DNA from: a virus | Taxonomy: Duplodnaviria; Caudoviricetes | Reading direction: 5' to 3' (one strand) | Virus record (IMG/VR): IMGVR_UViG_3300027734_003164 | Coordinates: 32,001 to 96,000 of that record | DNA: 64,000 nt | Part shown: one piece after another, positions 36,752 to 46,846 of the stretch | How the letters are laid out: every line of letters begins with the position of its first letter | How positions within the stretch are numbered: the first letter of the stretch is position 1 | The notes under the pieces: generated by a model | Databases searched by the model: none | What the model saw: the letters and a program-made list of their open reading frames with translations, nothing else | Told to the model about the DNA's origin: nothing | Position numbers and translations under genes: made by a program

Positions 36752-37435
36752 TTATTTTTTTCTATATTTATTTTTACTACTAATTATATTAATAACCTCA
36801 TCAAAGATAATCTTTTTTCTATTTAAAAACAAGTCCGTTTCAGAATAAAACCCATTGTAAATCTTTTCAATATCTGACATACCTGCCCACCCAACAAATT
36901 TATATTCTTTATTTTTTGGTCCGTAAAGTTTATTAACATTAACTCCAAATAATTTACCCATCCTTTCATTTAAAGTATTTATGAAATTAACTGACCCACC
37001 AACAATTCTCAAGTCCCCTCGTTTAGAATTATCTTTTTTGTCTTCATTTATTCTAATACACCCATCACCATCAAAATATCCTCGTAAAAAATGTCTTTCA
37101 AGATTTTCATCAATTTTAGGGTAACTTATTGTATAAGTTTTGTTTGGGTGTAATCCAATCTTTTTTAAGTCATTTATCATTTTCTTACTTGAAAACCCGA
37201 TTTCAGAAATTTCTCTATGATTACTTCTCCATATTTCAACTTCACTATCTAATAAGGATATAAACTTTTTTAATATATCTTCATCTTTATTATGAATTTT
37301 AATATTTAATTTATATCTATATTCTTTTGGATTGTCAATTAAACATCCATCAGCATAGATAAAACCAAGAAAATAAGCCTTATCTGGAGTATCAATCGTC
37401 TTAAAATAATCTTCATTAAATTTTTTTCTTATCAT
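36752..37435 (-). CDS. Free-standing LAGLIDADG homing endonuclease
   Basis: AYFLGFIYADG and FLRGYFDGDG. Confidence 0.9.
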   Translation of the reverse strand: MIRKKFNEDYFKTIDTPDKAYFLGFIYADGCLIDNPKEYRYKLNIKIHNKDEDILKKFISLLDSEVEIWRSNHREISEIGFSSKKMINDLKKIGLHPNKTYTISYPKIDENLERHFLRGYFDGDGCIRINEDKKDNSKRGDLRIVGGSVNFINTLNERMGKLFGVNVNKLYGPKNKEYKFVGWAGMSDIEKIYNGFYSETDLFLNRKKIIFDEVINIISSKNKYRKK

Positions 37436-37580
37436 AATATTCCTTTACTAAATCTTGAATGAATTTAGATATACTAATATTTTCATTTTTCATTTTATCA
37501 AACAAAAATCTATCTATACTAATACCGTATTTAACTTTTTTGTTTTCTTCATTTTTTTTTGGTCTTCCAAGTTTACTCAT
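37416..37580 (-). CDS. 54-aa AT-hook/ribbon-helix-helix-like protein overlapping the LAGLIDADG start
   Basis: MSKLGRPKKNEENKKVKYGISIDRFLFDKMKNENISISKFIQDLVKEYYDKKKI; not in the track. Confidence 0.65.
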   Translation of the reverse strand: MSKLGRPKKNEENKKVKYGISIDRFLFDKMKNENISISKFIQDLVKEYYDKKKI

Positions 37581-37674
37581 ATATTATAAATATCAATATT
37601 ATAATAAAAGTGCGTTAATAAATAAAAATAATTTTGATATTTATTTTCAAATGATTAATACATAAATTATAGGT

Positions 37675-37830
37675 ATGAAAAAAGAAAAAGCAACAGAAGT
37701 GGAGTGTAGTATTTGTAAAAAGGGTATGTCCAACTCTCAAATTTGGATTACTATTTTGGCGGTTTACATGTTAATCGCGGCGGTCTACGGAACAATAGAA
37801 ATCGTTAAAAATATAATGTCTTTATTTTAA
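37675..37830 (+). CDS. 51-aa CxxC plus TM protein
   Basis: MKKEKATEVECSICKKGMSNSQIWITILAVYMLIAAVYGTIEIVKNIMSLF. Confidence 0.55.
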   Translation: MKKEKATEVECSICKKGMSNSQIWITILAVYMLIAAVYGTIEIVKNIMSLF

Positions 37831-38784
37831 TATATTATTAATTTGTTCTCTTTGTTCGTTAGTTAAAGTCAGATTATTCTGTATGCTTATTTTTATGTAA
37901 AAATTACCAACAGCACCATCAACTTTATATCCTTTTTTGAAAAGTCTTAATGGTTTTTCAGTATCAAATCCTTCAGGTAGATTTATTTTTATATTACCAT
38001 CAGGGTGAGGTATTTCAACTTGGTCGTTTATTAATAAGTCTTTGAAATTTAATTTTAGATAATAAATCAAATCATTTCCTGATTTTTCAAAATTGTTGTG
38101 TTTCATACACAAAACTTTTAAAATTAAATCGCCCCTACCATATTTAGGTATTTCATCCCCCATACCTCTCATTCTCATAAAGTCACCATTATCTACATTG
38201 TTTGGTATTTGTACATTAAACTTGCTGTGGTTAGAAATAACCCCATTACCATAACAAACCCCACACGCGTCAATTAAATGTTCACCAGTCCCTTTACATT
38301 CGAAACAATTTGATTGCATTTGTGTTTTGAAAAATCCCGTACCAACTGTTTGTATAATAAACCCTCTACCTGCACATCTTGTGCATGTTTTTTTAGTTCC
38401 ACCAGTTCCCGTGCAACTTTCACAAGATTTATTTGTGTCAACTTCGATTGTTTTTTCCACACCTTTATAGGATTCTTCAGGGGTAACTACTATTTCAATA
38501 ATTTTGTCAGCCGGTTTAGGTTGTCTTTGTGAATGTCCCATCATTTCCTCAAAAATTGACCCGAACCCACCATTTCCAAATGGGTTTCTACGTTTCATGT
38601 CGTAATCACTTCTTTTATTGTCGTCCTTTAAAATATCATAAGCTTCAGAGATTTCTTTAAATTTTTCTTCACCGTTTGGGTTTACATCTGGATGGTATTG
38701 CTTACTTAGTTTTTTATATGTTTTTTTTATATCATCTTGTGTTGCATTTTCACTTACACCTAATATTTCGTAATAGTTTTTCAT
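37822..38784 (-). CDS. dnaJ: DnaJ co-chaperone with zinc fingers
   Basis: J-domain YHPD, four CxxCxGxG repeats, C-terminal peptide-binding domain. Confidence 0.93.
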   Translation of the reverse strand: MKNYYEILGVSENATQDDIKKTYKKLSKQYHPDVNPNGEEKFKEISEAYDILKDDNKRSDYDMKRRNPFGNGGFGSIFEEMMGHSQRQPKPADKIIEIVVTPEESYKGVEKTIEVDTNKSCESCTGTGGTKKTCTRCAGRGFIIQTVGTGFFKTQMQSNCFECKGTGEHLIDACGVCYGNGVISNHSKFNVQIPNNVDNGDFMRMRGMGDEIPKYGRGDLILKVLCMKHNNFEKSGNDLIYYLKLNFKDLLINDQVEIPHPDGNIKINLPEGFDTEKPLRLFKKGYKVDGAVGNFYIKISIQNNLTLTNEQREQINNILK

Positions 38785-38785
38785 A

Positions 38786-39427
38786 ATGTCAAATTATATA
38801 ATAGTTCTTTTTAAGAATAGGAAAAAAAGAAAAATTATCAAACGTTATTCTACAGAAAAAAACGCCATGTCTTTTTTTAAAAAACTTGTAAAACAAAATA
38901 AAGAAATAGTTTTTGATAAGAAAATAGAAAATGCAACACCAGTCGATTACCACATTGGTTTACTAACAAATCAATCCAATGTTCAAAATACTTTACATTT
39001 TGTTGATGATTTGGGTAGAAATCATGTTGCAAACTTACAGGATAAGGATTACGTTTTTATTGATATTGAAAAATACAATGTGGAAGAAAAGATATATGAT
39101 TATCAACTTAAAGACAAAATTAGTTTTTCAGATTTTTTAAAGGAGTACTGTAGTAATAATGAGTTGAAAAACATCTTTTCATTAAACAACAAAATATGTA
39201 TACAGATAAATGAAACTATAAGTCTATTTTCATTGAAAGACATTGATGAGTCTTTTAGGTTTTTAAATATTTTAGAAAAACACTTTTATGAAAATTCAAG
39301 GATGGATGCTATTATTGTTAGGGATGTATCAAACGCACAAAGAAAATGGATTTACAGCGTTTTAGAAGAGATGGGTTTTGATAAGAAAAATTTATACAGA
39401 CAAAAAACTACTTTCTCAAAAAGGTAA
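38786..39427 (+). CDS. Hypothetical protein
   Basis: 213-aa ORF divergent from dnaJ. Confidence 0.75.
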   Translation: MSNYIIVLFKNRKKRKIIKRYSTEKNAMSFFKKLVKQNKEIVFDKKIENATPVDYHIGLLTNQSNVQNTLHFVDDLGRNHVANLQDKDYVFIDIEKYNVEEKIYDYQLKDKISFSDFLKEYCSNNELKNIFSLNNKICIQINETISLFSLKDIDESFRFLNILEKHFYENSRMDAIIVRDVSNAQRKWIYSVLEEMGFDKKNLYRQKTTFSKR

Positions 39428-39629
39428 ATTCAACGTTTGAAATTTGTATCGTGCATTTTTTTTCATTTTGATTCAACATCAGATGTTGTAATAGATTAGA
39501 AAAGGTGCCTTCATCCAAAGACACCTTTAATTCAACTTTTTCATTTTTGATAAATGAACTTTCAAGTAAATCTGAAATTTGAGCCAGTTTTTCTAAATCA
39601 CCCCTAAAACTCTCTTGATTCTCTGCCAT
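39408..39629 (-). CDS. Hypothetical protein
   Basis: Coupled run. Confidence 0.55.
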   Translation of the reverse strand: MAENQESFRGDLEKLAQISDLLESSFIKNEKVELKVSLDEGTFSNLLQHLMLNQNEKKCTIQISNVEFTFLRK

Positions 39630-39805
39630 AAATTCATTTTTTCTTCTTCAAATATTGTATTTCTTATATCTGAAGGTTTAAACATTTTTATTTCAGAAGA
39701 AAACTTTTTTTTCTCTTCTTCGTTAATCTTGTTTGATTTTTTTACTTCCTCCTTCAAGGATTCCATTTCCCTCAGAAGCGGGTGTAAGTTTTTGTTTGGC
39801 TCCAT
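39593..39805 (-). CDS. Hypothetical protein
   Basis: Coupled run. Confidence 0.55.
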   Translation of the reverse strand: MEPNKNLHPLLREMESLKEEVKKSNKINEEEKKKFSSEIKMFKPSDIRNTIFEEEKMNLWQRIKRVLGVI

Positions 39806-40187
39806 TAGTATTTAAACTTGTTAATTCATTTGTGTCAAACTTTAATGTTCTTAAAGTATCTATATCCCCATTTTCAAATATACCTTTCAATTCTGAAACT
39901 TTCAACTTAAATAGTCTTTCTTTTTCTTCTCTTTCTAAATTAGTTGATATTACAGCATCGATTGTTTTTTCAACAATATCAATTAACGGTGGATTATTTT
40001 CACAAACAAAAGATGTGATAGTTCTACTATCATTATTTTGATTTTGTAATATTTCAATTCCTTCAGGAGCTCTTTTAAGAGTCGACCATGTCGATGGGAA
40101 AATCATATCAAAAGTTACATAATTTTTTAAAATTCTAACAGAGTTAAGATAAGTTGACGTTTTGTTAATAAATTCACTATAAACCAT
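39723..40187 (-). CDS. Hypothetical protein
   Basis: Coupled run. Confidence 0.65.
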   Translation of the reverse strand: MVYSEFINKTSTYLNSVRILKNYVTFDMIFPSTWSTLKRAPEGIEILQNQNNDSRTITSFVCENNPPLIDIVEKTIDAVISTNLEREEKERLFKLKVSELKGIFENGDIDTLRTLKFDTNELTSLNTNGAKQKLTPASEGNGILEGGSKKIKQD

Positions 40188-40369
40188 TATACCATAATTA
40201 AATAAGTTAATACATATGATATTGCAATACCATAATATAGTTGTTCATATTTTTCAAATTCATAAGGTGCTGGTGGATTTGAATATACTGACCTTACGAA
40301 ACTAAATATAAACTTTGTTAGTAATAATATAGAGAAAATAAAACAAAAAAGTAATAGATAATTAATCAT
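40187..40369 (-). CDS. Small two-TM protein
   Basis: Hydrophobic. Confidence 0.55.
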   Translation of the reverse strand: MINYLLLFCFIFSILLLTKFIFSFVRSVYSNPPAPYEFEKYEQLYYGIAISYVLTYLIMV

Positions 40370-40544
40370 TTTTTTCTTCTTTACTGTGGTTCAAAATTTC
40401 AGTTCTTAACTGTTGTGTTAAACTTTTTAATTGTTGGCAAGTTTTTCTAGCTCTAGTACCTGCAGACTTATTACCGCCATAAAATTTTGTTGTATCAACT
40501 GAAAGTTCTTCAATTAATGTTTTGATTTGTTCTAAAGTTTCCAT
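40362..40544 (-). CDS. Histone H1-like (Hc1-type) nucleoid protein
   Basis: KFYGGNKSAGTRARK..LK..QLRTEI. Confidence 0.75.
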   Translation of the reverse strand: METLEQIKTLIEELSVDTTKFYGGNKSAGTRARKTCQQLKSLTQQLRTEILNHSKEEKND

Positions 40545-40603
40545 TTAAAAATTTTTATACATTTATTTTTTTTAATTTAAATACGTGGTTTGTAATGTAA
40601 AGA

Positions 40604-41098
40604 CTAATCAATCAGTTTTACAGACCTTTCTAACATCTTATATATTTCGGTAAAAATTTCTACGTCTGATTTACTTTTTGGTGTTTCTAAATCAAACATA
40701 TGATTAAAAAATTTATCTACCGTTTCTTTTATTTTTTTATCGTTTTGGTTATAAAACGTATCAAAAAAGAAATTCTCAAAGAATAAAATATCATTTTGAT
40801 TAATATCAAATTCTATATTTTCTTTTTTAAAATTCTCGATTGTTTTATTTAGACACCAAACAAAATGTTCTTTTTTTTGTTGTTCCGTCATTCCAGTTTT
40901 GGTTTCTAACAAATCAATGTCTTCCTCACCTAAATATGTCATTTTTATTAAACCATAAAAGGAAAAACAAAAGTCTCTAAATAGTTCTGTGTATTCTGGT
41001 ATAATATTGTTTGCTAAATACCAAGCAACAATATCTTCTTTTTCCATAGGTTTTGCCAACCAATCAAAAAAATTCCCCATGTTATTACTAATAGACAT
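40604..41098 (-). CDS. Hypothetical protein
   Basis: 164-aa ORF. Confidence 0.7.
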   Translation of the reverse strand: MSISNNMGNFFDWLAKPMEKEDIVAWYLANNIIPEYTELFRDFCFSFYGLIKMTYLGEEDIDLLETKTGMTEQQKKEHFVWCLNKTIENFKKENIEFDINQNDILFFENFFFDTFYNQNDKKIKETVDKFFNHMFDLETPKSKSDVEIFTEIYKMLERSVKLID

Positions 41099-41138
41099 GG
41101 GGAAAATATAGTATAATTTTATTAGAAATGAATTTTAA

Positions 41139-42722
41139 TTATTGTGTTTTTCTATCATAACCAATTAAACTTTTCATTTTTTCCATTTCGGTCAAAACAT
41201 TTTGTTTGTCAGTGGATTCTAACTTCATCATAATTTTGTCAGCACCTGACTCAGACCCACTCTTGTCAGTAACGACAGGTTGAGGTGCTTTGTTATATGC
41301 TTTCTTTTTTAATTTTGACAAATAATTATTTTTTCTTACTTCATCTCTTTTTGCGTTCACAGGAGTTTCTACTGCATTTGCCCATTTTGGATTATTACCT
41401 GTTTCTGATGAACCTTTTACATATTTAGATACTCTTTCTTCATTTGGTTCAAAAGTATCGTAATCTAAGTTTTCTAAACTTGCCGCTGTGAAGTTAGTTA
41501 TATATTCATCAACCGCCTTAGATGGTACGTAAGCCATTTTATCCATTTTTTCAAGTTCTCCATTCCCTTTGGGAAAATTCTTTGGTGACATTTCGTATTT
41601 ACCTTTAGAACCTGTTTTTAAATAAGATTTCATTTTTTTAACAACACTATCAATATAGTCCTCTTCTTGTTTTTTAGATTGACCTAATGATGATTTCAAA
41701 TATGTATCAGATTTAGTTGCTTTTTTTCTTTTTTCTTCTAAAACAATATTCTCAATTAAACTTATCATTTCATTTTCTGTAAAAATCAATCTTGACTCTT
41801 CAACTTTTGCCTTTCCTTTACCTGGCCAATCTTTTTTTGCTCTCTTAGCAAAGTATAATTGTCCCATTTTTTCTCGACTTGAGCTTGGTACTTTTTTACC
41901 TAATCTTTTTAATTCTGAATTTCTTTTCTTAATTTTTTTAATTTCGGTGTCTATCTCATCAATTGTCATATCTGCATACTCACCAGTACTTTTAACTTCA
42001 ACATCCCCTTTCCATTTTTCAGTTATGTATGACTCTTCAACGGGGTAAGTTTTGTTTCCGACTCTAAAAGTTTTATCTCCTCTTTCTCTTGCTGCTGATA
42101 ATGCACCTGAAAAAGCATTTCCTTCTTCAACATCTTCTTCTTCTAAATCCAACTCATATAAAGTTTCTTCTACTTCTTTTTTCATAGAACGAAGTGCTTT
42201 AAAGTCTGCACCTGTAATTTTACCAAATGGTTTCGCTTTATCTATTTTCCTTCTACCGTCTGTAAATCCACCATATTCTTCATCTAAATAAAATTCATCT
42301 TCATCATCACTATGTCTATATTTAGTTTTGTATGATGGCATGTCACTAGAAATTCTTAGTTCAGGATAATATTCTTCTTCATCATCACCATAGTTTGGGT
42401 CATACATACTTCTGTCTTTATAATCTTCGTCTTCCTCTCTGTTTCTAAAAAATCTTTCTATATCTTTTTTTGGTATATCTCGTAAATTTTTACCTCCAAA
42501 AAAAGGATGCGAATCATCCATTCCTCCTAATTCTTGTATATCACCCTCATACATTCCTCCACATTCCATACATTCTCCTTCATACATTTTACCACCACAT
42601 TCTGAGCAAACTTGTTTTTCCATATTTTTATTTTCAAATATTTTATTTTCTATGTCAAAAATTCTATTATCTATCTCTTCAGATATAATTCTTTTTGTTA
42701 TGTTTTTTATGTAATTTTCCAT
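41139..42722 (-). CDS. Large acidic leader-bearing protein, putative prohead core/internal protein
   Basis: MENYIKNITKRIISEE; many xxE sites; GKITGADFKAL; TATTTAT at 42727. Confidence 0.65.
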   Translation of the reverse strand: MENYIKNITKRIISEEIDNRIFDIENKIFENKNMEKQVCSECGGKMYEGECMECGGMYEGDIQELGGMDDSHPFFGGKNLRDIPKKDIERFFRNREEDEDYKDRSMYDPNYGDDEEEYYPELRISSDMPSYKTKYRHSDDEDEFYLDEEYGGFTDGRRKIDKAKPFGKITGADFKALRSMKKEVEETLYELDLEEEDVEEGNAFSGALSAARERGDKTFRVGNKTYPVEESYITEKWKGDVEVKSTGEYADMTIDEIDTEIKKIKKRNSELKRLGKKVPSSSREKMGQLYFAKRAKKDWPGKGKAKVEESRLIFTENEMISLIENIVLEEKRKKATKSDTYLKSSLGQSKKQEEDYIDSVVKKMKSYLKTGSKGKYEMSPKNFPKGNGELEKMDKMAYVPSKAVDEYITNFTAASLENLDYDTFEPNEERVSKYVKGSSETGNNPKWANAVETPVNAKRDEVRKNNYLSKLKKKAYNKAPQPVVTDKSGSESGADKIMMKLESTDKQNVLTEMEKMKSLIGYDRKTQ

Positions 42723-42751
42723 AATAATAAATATTACCTTTAATGGAAAAC

Positions 42752-43324
42752 TTAAATATAGTCTATAAGAATTTTTAGAATTTCAGATTCACTTAATCCA
42801 GTTCTATATGATACGTTCTCAATAGCCTCTTTTAATTTTGATTTTTTCTTAGTTTTTTTAGGAGTTGACTTTGTCAATTTAGTATTAAAACCACCCGTTT
42901 TACCAAATTCTAAAGCGTTTATATCTCCCTGATTACAATAAGGGAAAGTTTTACATTTTTCTTTTGGTTTTACAAATAACCCACCAGGTAATTGTGTTTT
43001 TTTAGACGGTCCCCAACTATTTAAGTTTTTAGCCAAAAAAGATGCCCCTTCATATGAACCTGAAGACGCCGAACCAGTTGCTTCAGTTGCTTCTATTTTT
43101 TCAACATCTTCCTCTTCGTTGAAATTCAAAGCGGGGGCAAAACTTCCTGCCGATGCCGCTCCCATACCTTCTTTGGTTTCTTTTTTTGTTTTTTTGTATT
43201 CTTTTTTTGCTTCAGTATCTTTAGAAAACAAACTAAATATTGGTCTACTAATCGTTGAAGATTTTTCTTCTATCAACTCTCTTAGTGCGTTTTCTATTAA
43301 CTTTTGGTGGTCTATATTTTTCAC
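42752..43324 (-). CDS. Hypothetical protein, probably head-associated
   Basis: Repeated TKE/ATE-A-x-G-xx-S-x-G-S motifs. Confidence 0.6.
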   Translation of the reverse strand: MKNIDHQKLIENALRELIEEKSSTISRPIFSLFSKDTEAKKEYKKTKKETKEGMGAASAGSFAPALNFNEEEDVEKIEATEATGSASSGSYEGASFLAKNLNSWGPSKKTQLPGGLFVKPKEKCKTFPYCNQGDINALEFGKTGGFNTKLTKSTPKKTKKKSKLKEAIENVSYRTGLSESEILKILIDYI

Positions 43325-43328
43325 TTAC

Positions 43329-43580
43329 TTATATTTTTAAATTTTTAAATGTGCTGGTCCACATATGTTTTTGTCTATACATCTCATAGTAAAATTCGGT
43401 AAATGCCTTTGTAATATAATCAGTAATGTCCCCTTTTATTTTTCCGTTTCTAATTTCTTTTCTTATCAAATCAATCATTTGATTTTCAAATTGTTTAAGG
43501 GTACTAGAATTGAAAAAGCTTTTGATTTCACTTTTAACAATTTTTTCTATTTCTTTTTTATCTGATTGTGAAAACGGCAT
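43329..43580 (-). CDS. Hypothetical protein
   Basis: Coupled run. Confidence 0.6.
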   Translation of the reverse strand: MPFSQSDKKEIEKIVKSEIKSFFNSSTLKQFENQMIDLIRKEIRNGKIKGDITDYITKAFTEFYYEMYRQKHMWTSTFKNLKI

Positions 43581-43582
43581 GA

Positions 43583-43996
43583 TTAAAAAATTAATAGTCC
43601 TGTTAATGTTAGTATTATAGAACCTCCAACTACCTGTATGAATGTACTTTTTACTTTATGTTTTTTAAATTCTTTTCTTAACCTTTCATTTTCGTCTGAC
43701 ATTATTTTAAACTTTTGTTCGGTATTTGAAACCAATATTTTGTTTGTGGAGTCTAACTTCTGCCAACTTGAAATTGATTTTTCCATATAAAAAACCTTGT
43801 CGTTAAGTTGTATGATTTGTTTTTCGTTAAGTTTATTTATTTCTTTTAACCTATCATAGTCATTTAAATCCAATAACATTTTTTGTGCAACCCCATAAGG
43901 TATGCATATTTCTGAAGTATCTTGAGGTTTTGGTTTTTGAGCTAAACTATTAAACCCAATAAAAAGAATTAATAGTAAAATTGTTATTCTATTCAT
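43583..43996 (-). CDS. Exported coiled-coil protein with C-terminal TM (spanin-like partner?)
   Basis: Signal peptide, coiled coil and C-terminal hydrophobic segment; no lipobox. Confidence 0.45.
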   Translation of the reverse strand: MNRITILLLILFIGFNSLAQKPKPQDTSEICIPYGVAQKMLLDLNDYDRLKEINKLNEKQIIQLNDKVFYMEKSISSWQKLDSTNKILVSNTEQKFKIMSDENERLRKEFKKHKVKSTFIQVVGGSIILTLTGLLIF

Positions 43997-43997
43997 C

Positions 43998-44348
43998 TTA
44001 AAAATTATATCTTTTTCTAAGCAAACTATCTACTTGTTTTTTGTCTGCGTTTTTTATCTCTTCTTTTTTTTGAGTGTAGTAGTTATTAACTTCCTTTTTT
44101 TCTATTTTTATATTTGATATTTTTTTATCAATATCTTTTACTTTTTGATTATAAGAATTGATTGAATCATTTAAACTTTTTTGAAGGTTTTTTAGTTCTC
44201 CGATGTGTTTATCCAATTGCTCCAATTTATATTTATCCAACTCAGACATTTCTGGTTTTTTTGTTAAAATCAGTATTAAAAGATAAATGATGGCAAATAC
44301 ACCAACACCTATTAAAATTTTTTGCCAATATTTTTTTAAAAATTCCAT
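43998..44348 (-). CDS. N-terminal TM plus coiled coil (i-spanin-like)
   Basis: TM at residues 10-28 followed by heptad repeats. Confidence 0.45.
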   Translation of the reverse strand: MEFLKKYWQKILIGVGVFAIIYLLILILTKKPEMSELDKYKLEQLDKHIGELKNLQKSLNDSINSYNQKVKDIDKKISNIKIEKKEVNNYYTQKKEEIKNADKKQVDSLLRKRYNF

Positions 44349-44349
44349 A

Positions 44350-44895
44350 TTATTCTTCTTCTGTAAATTTAGTTTTTTTCCTAACTGAAATTATTTTCGC
44401 CCATTTGCTTTTAAATTTTTCAAAAAAAGATTTTAATTTGTTTGTTAAATCAACAAGCTCTTGGTCCAATTTAATCATATCCCCATTTATATATACACCG
44501 TTGTTTTCGCCAATAGAATAGAAAAACTCAACGTCAGCATCAACTATCTTACCACTCCATTGAACTGAATTACTATAAACATTTAATACTCCAAAGTCTG
44601 AAAGGTCAGATACTTCATTAACAAATTCTTCCATGGTTTCTTGATAAGATTGTTTTTCGTCGTTTGTTAATTCCAACTCTTTTTTATCTTTACCATGAAG
44701 AGTTAAAAGACCTCCCGATATACGATAAGTTTTACTTTTGTCTTTTTTTACTTTATCAACATCAACTTCAGTTTCTTGTTCCTCATCTTGTTCGATGTTG
44801 TCTTCAATACTTTTTGCCATATTAATTGGTCCTACTTGTTCTTGCAAAAGTCTAGACCTTTTCAACAACATTTTTATTTCATCATACTGGTTCAT
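44350..44895 (-). CDS. Hypothetical leader-bearing protein
   Basis: MNQYDEIKMLLKRSRLLQE. Confidence 0.65.
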   Translation of the reverse strand: MNQYDEIKMLLKRSRLLQEQVGPINMAKSIEDNIEQDEEQETEVDVDKVKKDKSKTYRISGGLLTLHGKDKKELELTNDEKQSYQETMEEFVNEVSDLSDFGVLNVYSNSVQWSGKIVDADVEFFYSIGENNGVYINGDMIKLDQELVDLTNKLKSFFEKFKSKWAKIISVRKKTKFTEEE

Positions 44896-45490
44896 ATTCT
44901 TCTAATAATTTTTCAAAATTGTTAAAATTGAAAGATGGGTTTATATCTCTACAGTTTGAATTGTAATTGCTTTTTGTTGCAACTCCGTTAAAGTTTTCAA
45001 CTCCCGATAATTTGACATTTGTTTTTGTTGTCTTTTTATCGATGTTAAACTTTTCACACAACTCATGTGTTAAAAAAACCAAACTTTCAATTTGTTTTTG
45101 AGTATATGGGTCCCAAAAAAATTGTTCTCTCCATTTTTTTTCAAAAACTTTCTCTTTATAAATATCACCTATCCAATTTAAATAGTTTGTTTCTATTGGT
45201 ATTTTTTTTAACCAAGTTAAATTCTCTAAAACAATAGTTATAGAGTTTTTGTCAACCGACTCATCACCTATGTAATTTGAATACATATTAGGTTCTGAAA
45301 TCATAAATATTTCACCACTTTTATTAATTAAATAATTAGGTAGATGTGGGTTATTTTGATTGTACCTGTGTAATAATGATTGTATATAAAATCTATAAGG
45401 CCTTTTAGTGTCGGCCAAAATTATTTGACTTTTTTTGTCGTTACGAGACAGAACTTCAGATTCTATTAATTTTGAAATTACCTGTATCAT
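44882..45490 (-). CDS. Amidase_2-like protein lacking zinc ligands
   Basis: IILADT, NYLINKSGEI, SITIVLEN, TQKQIESL..LCEKFNI, DINPSFNF follow the amidase layout, but the His ligands are replaced. Confidence 0.6.
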   Translation of the reverse strand: MIQVISKLIESEVLSRNDKKSQIILADTKRPYRFYIQSLLHRYNQNNPHLPNYLINKSGEIFMISEPNMYSNYIGDESVDKNSITIVLENLTWLKKIPIETNYLNWIGDIYKEKVFEKKWREQFFWDPYTQKQIESLVFLTHELCEKFNIDKKTTKTNVKLSGVENFNGVATKSNYNSNCRDINPSFNFNNFEKLLEEYEPV

Positions 45491-46682
45491 TCTTAGTGTA
45501 TGAAAGTCTTCTATTTGTTATTGTTTGAGTTTCTTCTGTATTATTACTAATAATTTCTTCAGGTGTTTCCTCTACTTGAGGTTCAATTATTTCTTCCATG
45601 CCATCTTCTGTGACATCTTCTGTGACATCTTCTGTGACATCTTCAATCACTGGTTCTGTTTCTTCAGGAATCCATTCCCAACTATCATTAATACTTAATA
45701 AACTATCAGGAACATTGACTTCCTCTTCAACTTGGTGGGTAAGTTCGTGGGGAAGTTCATGGGGAAGTTCGTGGGTAACTTGGGGGGTGACTTGAGGGGT
45801 GACTTGAGGGGTGACTTGAGGGGTAACTTGGGGGGTAACTTGGGGGGTGACTTCTCGTTTTGGGGAATCATCTTCCTCATCTTTTCTATTATTTTTGAAT
45901 GCTTGGTTTGTTGCAATAACTAATGTAATAGCTAATGGGTCAAACACAAAAATTAAAATTAATATAAAGATGTTAGCGGTTTTTTTAACACTCCATCCGG
46001 TAAGTTCACTGATATATTTTATGGTTCCAAGTTCATTACCTGAAATCTCTTTTGATTCTAATTCAAGTACTTTTATATCTAATGCGGTAATACTGTCATT
46101 AAGAGCATCCACTTTACCTGACATTTTGTCACGATTTTCAATCGCCAATTCTAATTGTAATTCAAATGATTTACGATTTGCGTTATTTGCTCTTGTTACA
46201 ACCTGACCTGTTTGTCTATCCACACTTTGAGTTGTGGTGTTAGTTGATAAGGCGTTTCTTAATTTTGAGATGTCTTTATCTAATATTTGTTTTTCTTTTT
46301 GGTACTCGTTTTTAATTTCCTCAAATCTTTGTTTTTTTACTTCAATGTTTTTTACTTCCTTCTGACCGATTTCAAGTTTTGCGATATTGGTTGAAAATCC
46401 TGTACTTAAAAGTCCATATATCCCCAATGATGTAATAAGAGATAAAGTTACAAGAGCGACAGTCATATATAATTTTAATACTCCGTAAGTTTCTTTCCAC
46501 TTGTCGTGAAGATATGTTGCGATGGCAATTTTTGATAATTCTAAAAACCCACCCATAATTATTACAGGTAAAGCAACTCCAACAAACACAACGGATAAAC
46601 CAACAACACTATAATACGCCGCAGTTCCTGATAAACCGAGAGCACAAAACAACAAAAACCAAGGTAGTAATTTTTCTTTCAT
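45456..46682 (-). CDS. Multi-TM coiled-coil protein with C-terminal tetrapeptide repeats
   Basis: Three N-terminal TMs, coiled coil, further TM, then (VTPQ)6, (HELP)2-3 and (EDVT)3; TATTTAT at 46700. Confidence 0.75.
   Translation of the reverse strand: MKEKLLPWFLLFCALGLSGTAAYYSVVGLSVVFVGVALPVIIMGGFLELSKIAIATYLHDKWKETYGVLKLYMTVALVTLSLITSLGIYGLLSTGFSTNIAKLEIGQKEVKNIEVKKQRFEEIKNEYQKEKQILDKDISKLRNALSTNTTTQSVDRQTGQVVTRANNANRKSFELQLELAIENRDKMSGKVDALNDSITALDIKVLELESKEISGNELGTIKYISELTGWSVKKTANIFILILIFVFDPLAITLVIATNQAFKNNRKDEEDDSPKREVTPQVTPQVTPQVTPQVTPQVTPQVTHELPHELPHELTHQVEEEVNVPDSLLSINDSWEWIPEETEPVIEDVTEDVTEDVTEDGMEEIIEPQVEETPEEIISNNTEETQTITNRRLSYTKNDTGNFKINRI
45601..45855 (-). repeat. In-frame 12-bp tandem repeats
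   Basis: tcttctgtgaca x3; acttg(g/a)ggggt(g/a) x6; gggaagttc(g/a)tg x2-3. Confidence 0.85.
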
Positions 46683-46721
46683 ATTAATAACTATAACAGA
46701 TAAATATTAAAGATAAATAAA

Positions 46722-46846
46722 ACCCTCACCGGCGCCGATGAGGGAGTGTAGTTTCATTCTACCGTATAGATAGAATTGAGGATTCTCACCCAGGGCTCTT
46801 CGTGTCCCATTCCGCCGAGTTGTAAGGGTAATCTCGGTTCAACCCT
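46722..46846 (-). ncRNA. GC-rich structured RNA candidate ending in a terminator-like hairpin
   Basis: CCGAG/CTCGG, ATTCTA/TAGAAT and CCCTCATCGG-CG-CCGGTGAGGG-TTT in a non-coding gap. Confidence 0.4.

Noticed and set aside
36752-37435. Group I intron around the LAGLIDADG gene
   Set aside because: No interrupted host gene or intron core is visible; the Dam-like gene begins intact downstream
43583-44348. Confident i-spanin/o-spanin call
   Set aside because: The second gene lacks a lipobox cysteine, so it is left as spanin-like at low confidence
45601-45855. CRISPR array
   Set aside because: Units are contiguous 12-bp in-frame coding repeats with no spacers, and there are no cas genes in the window
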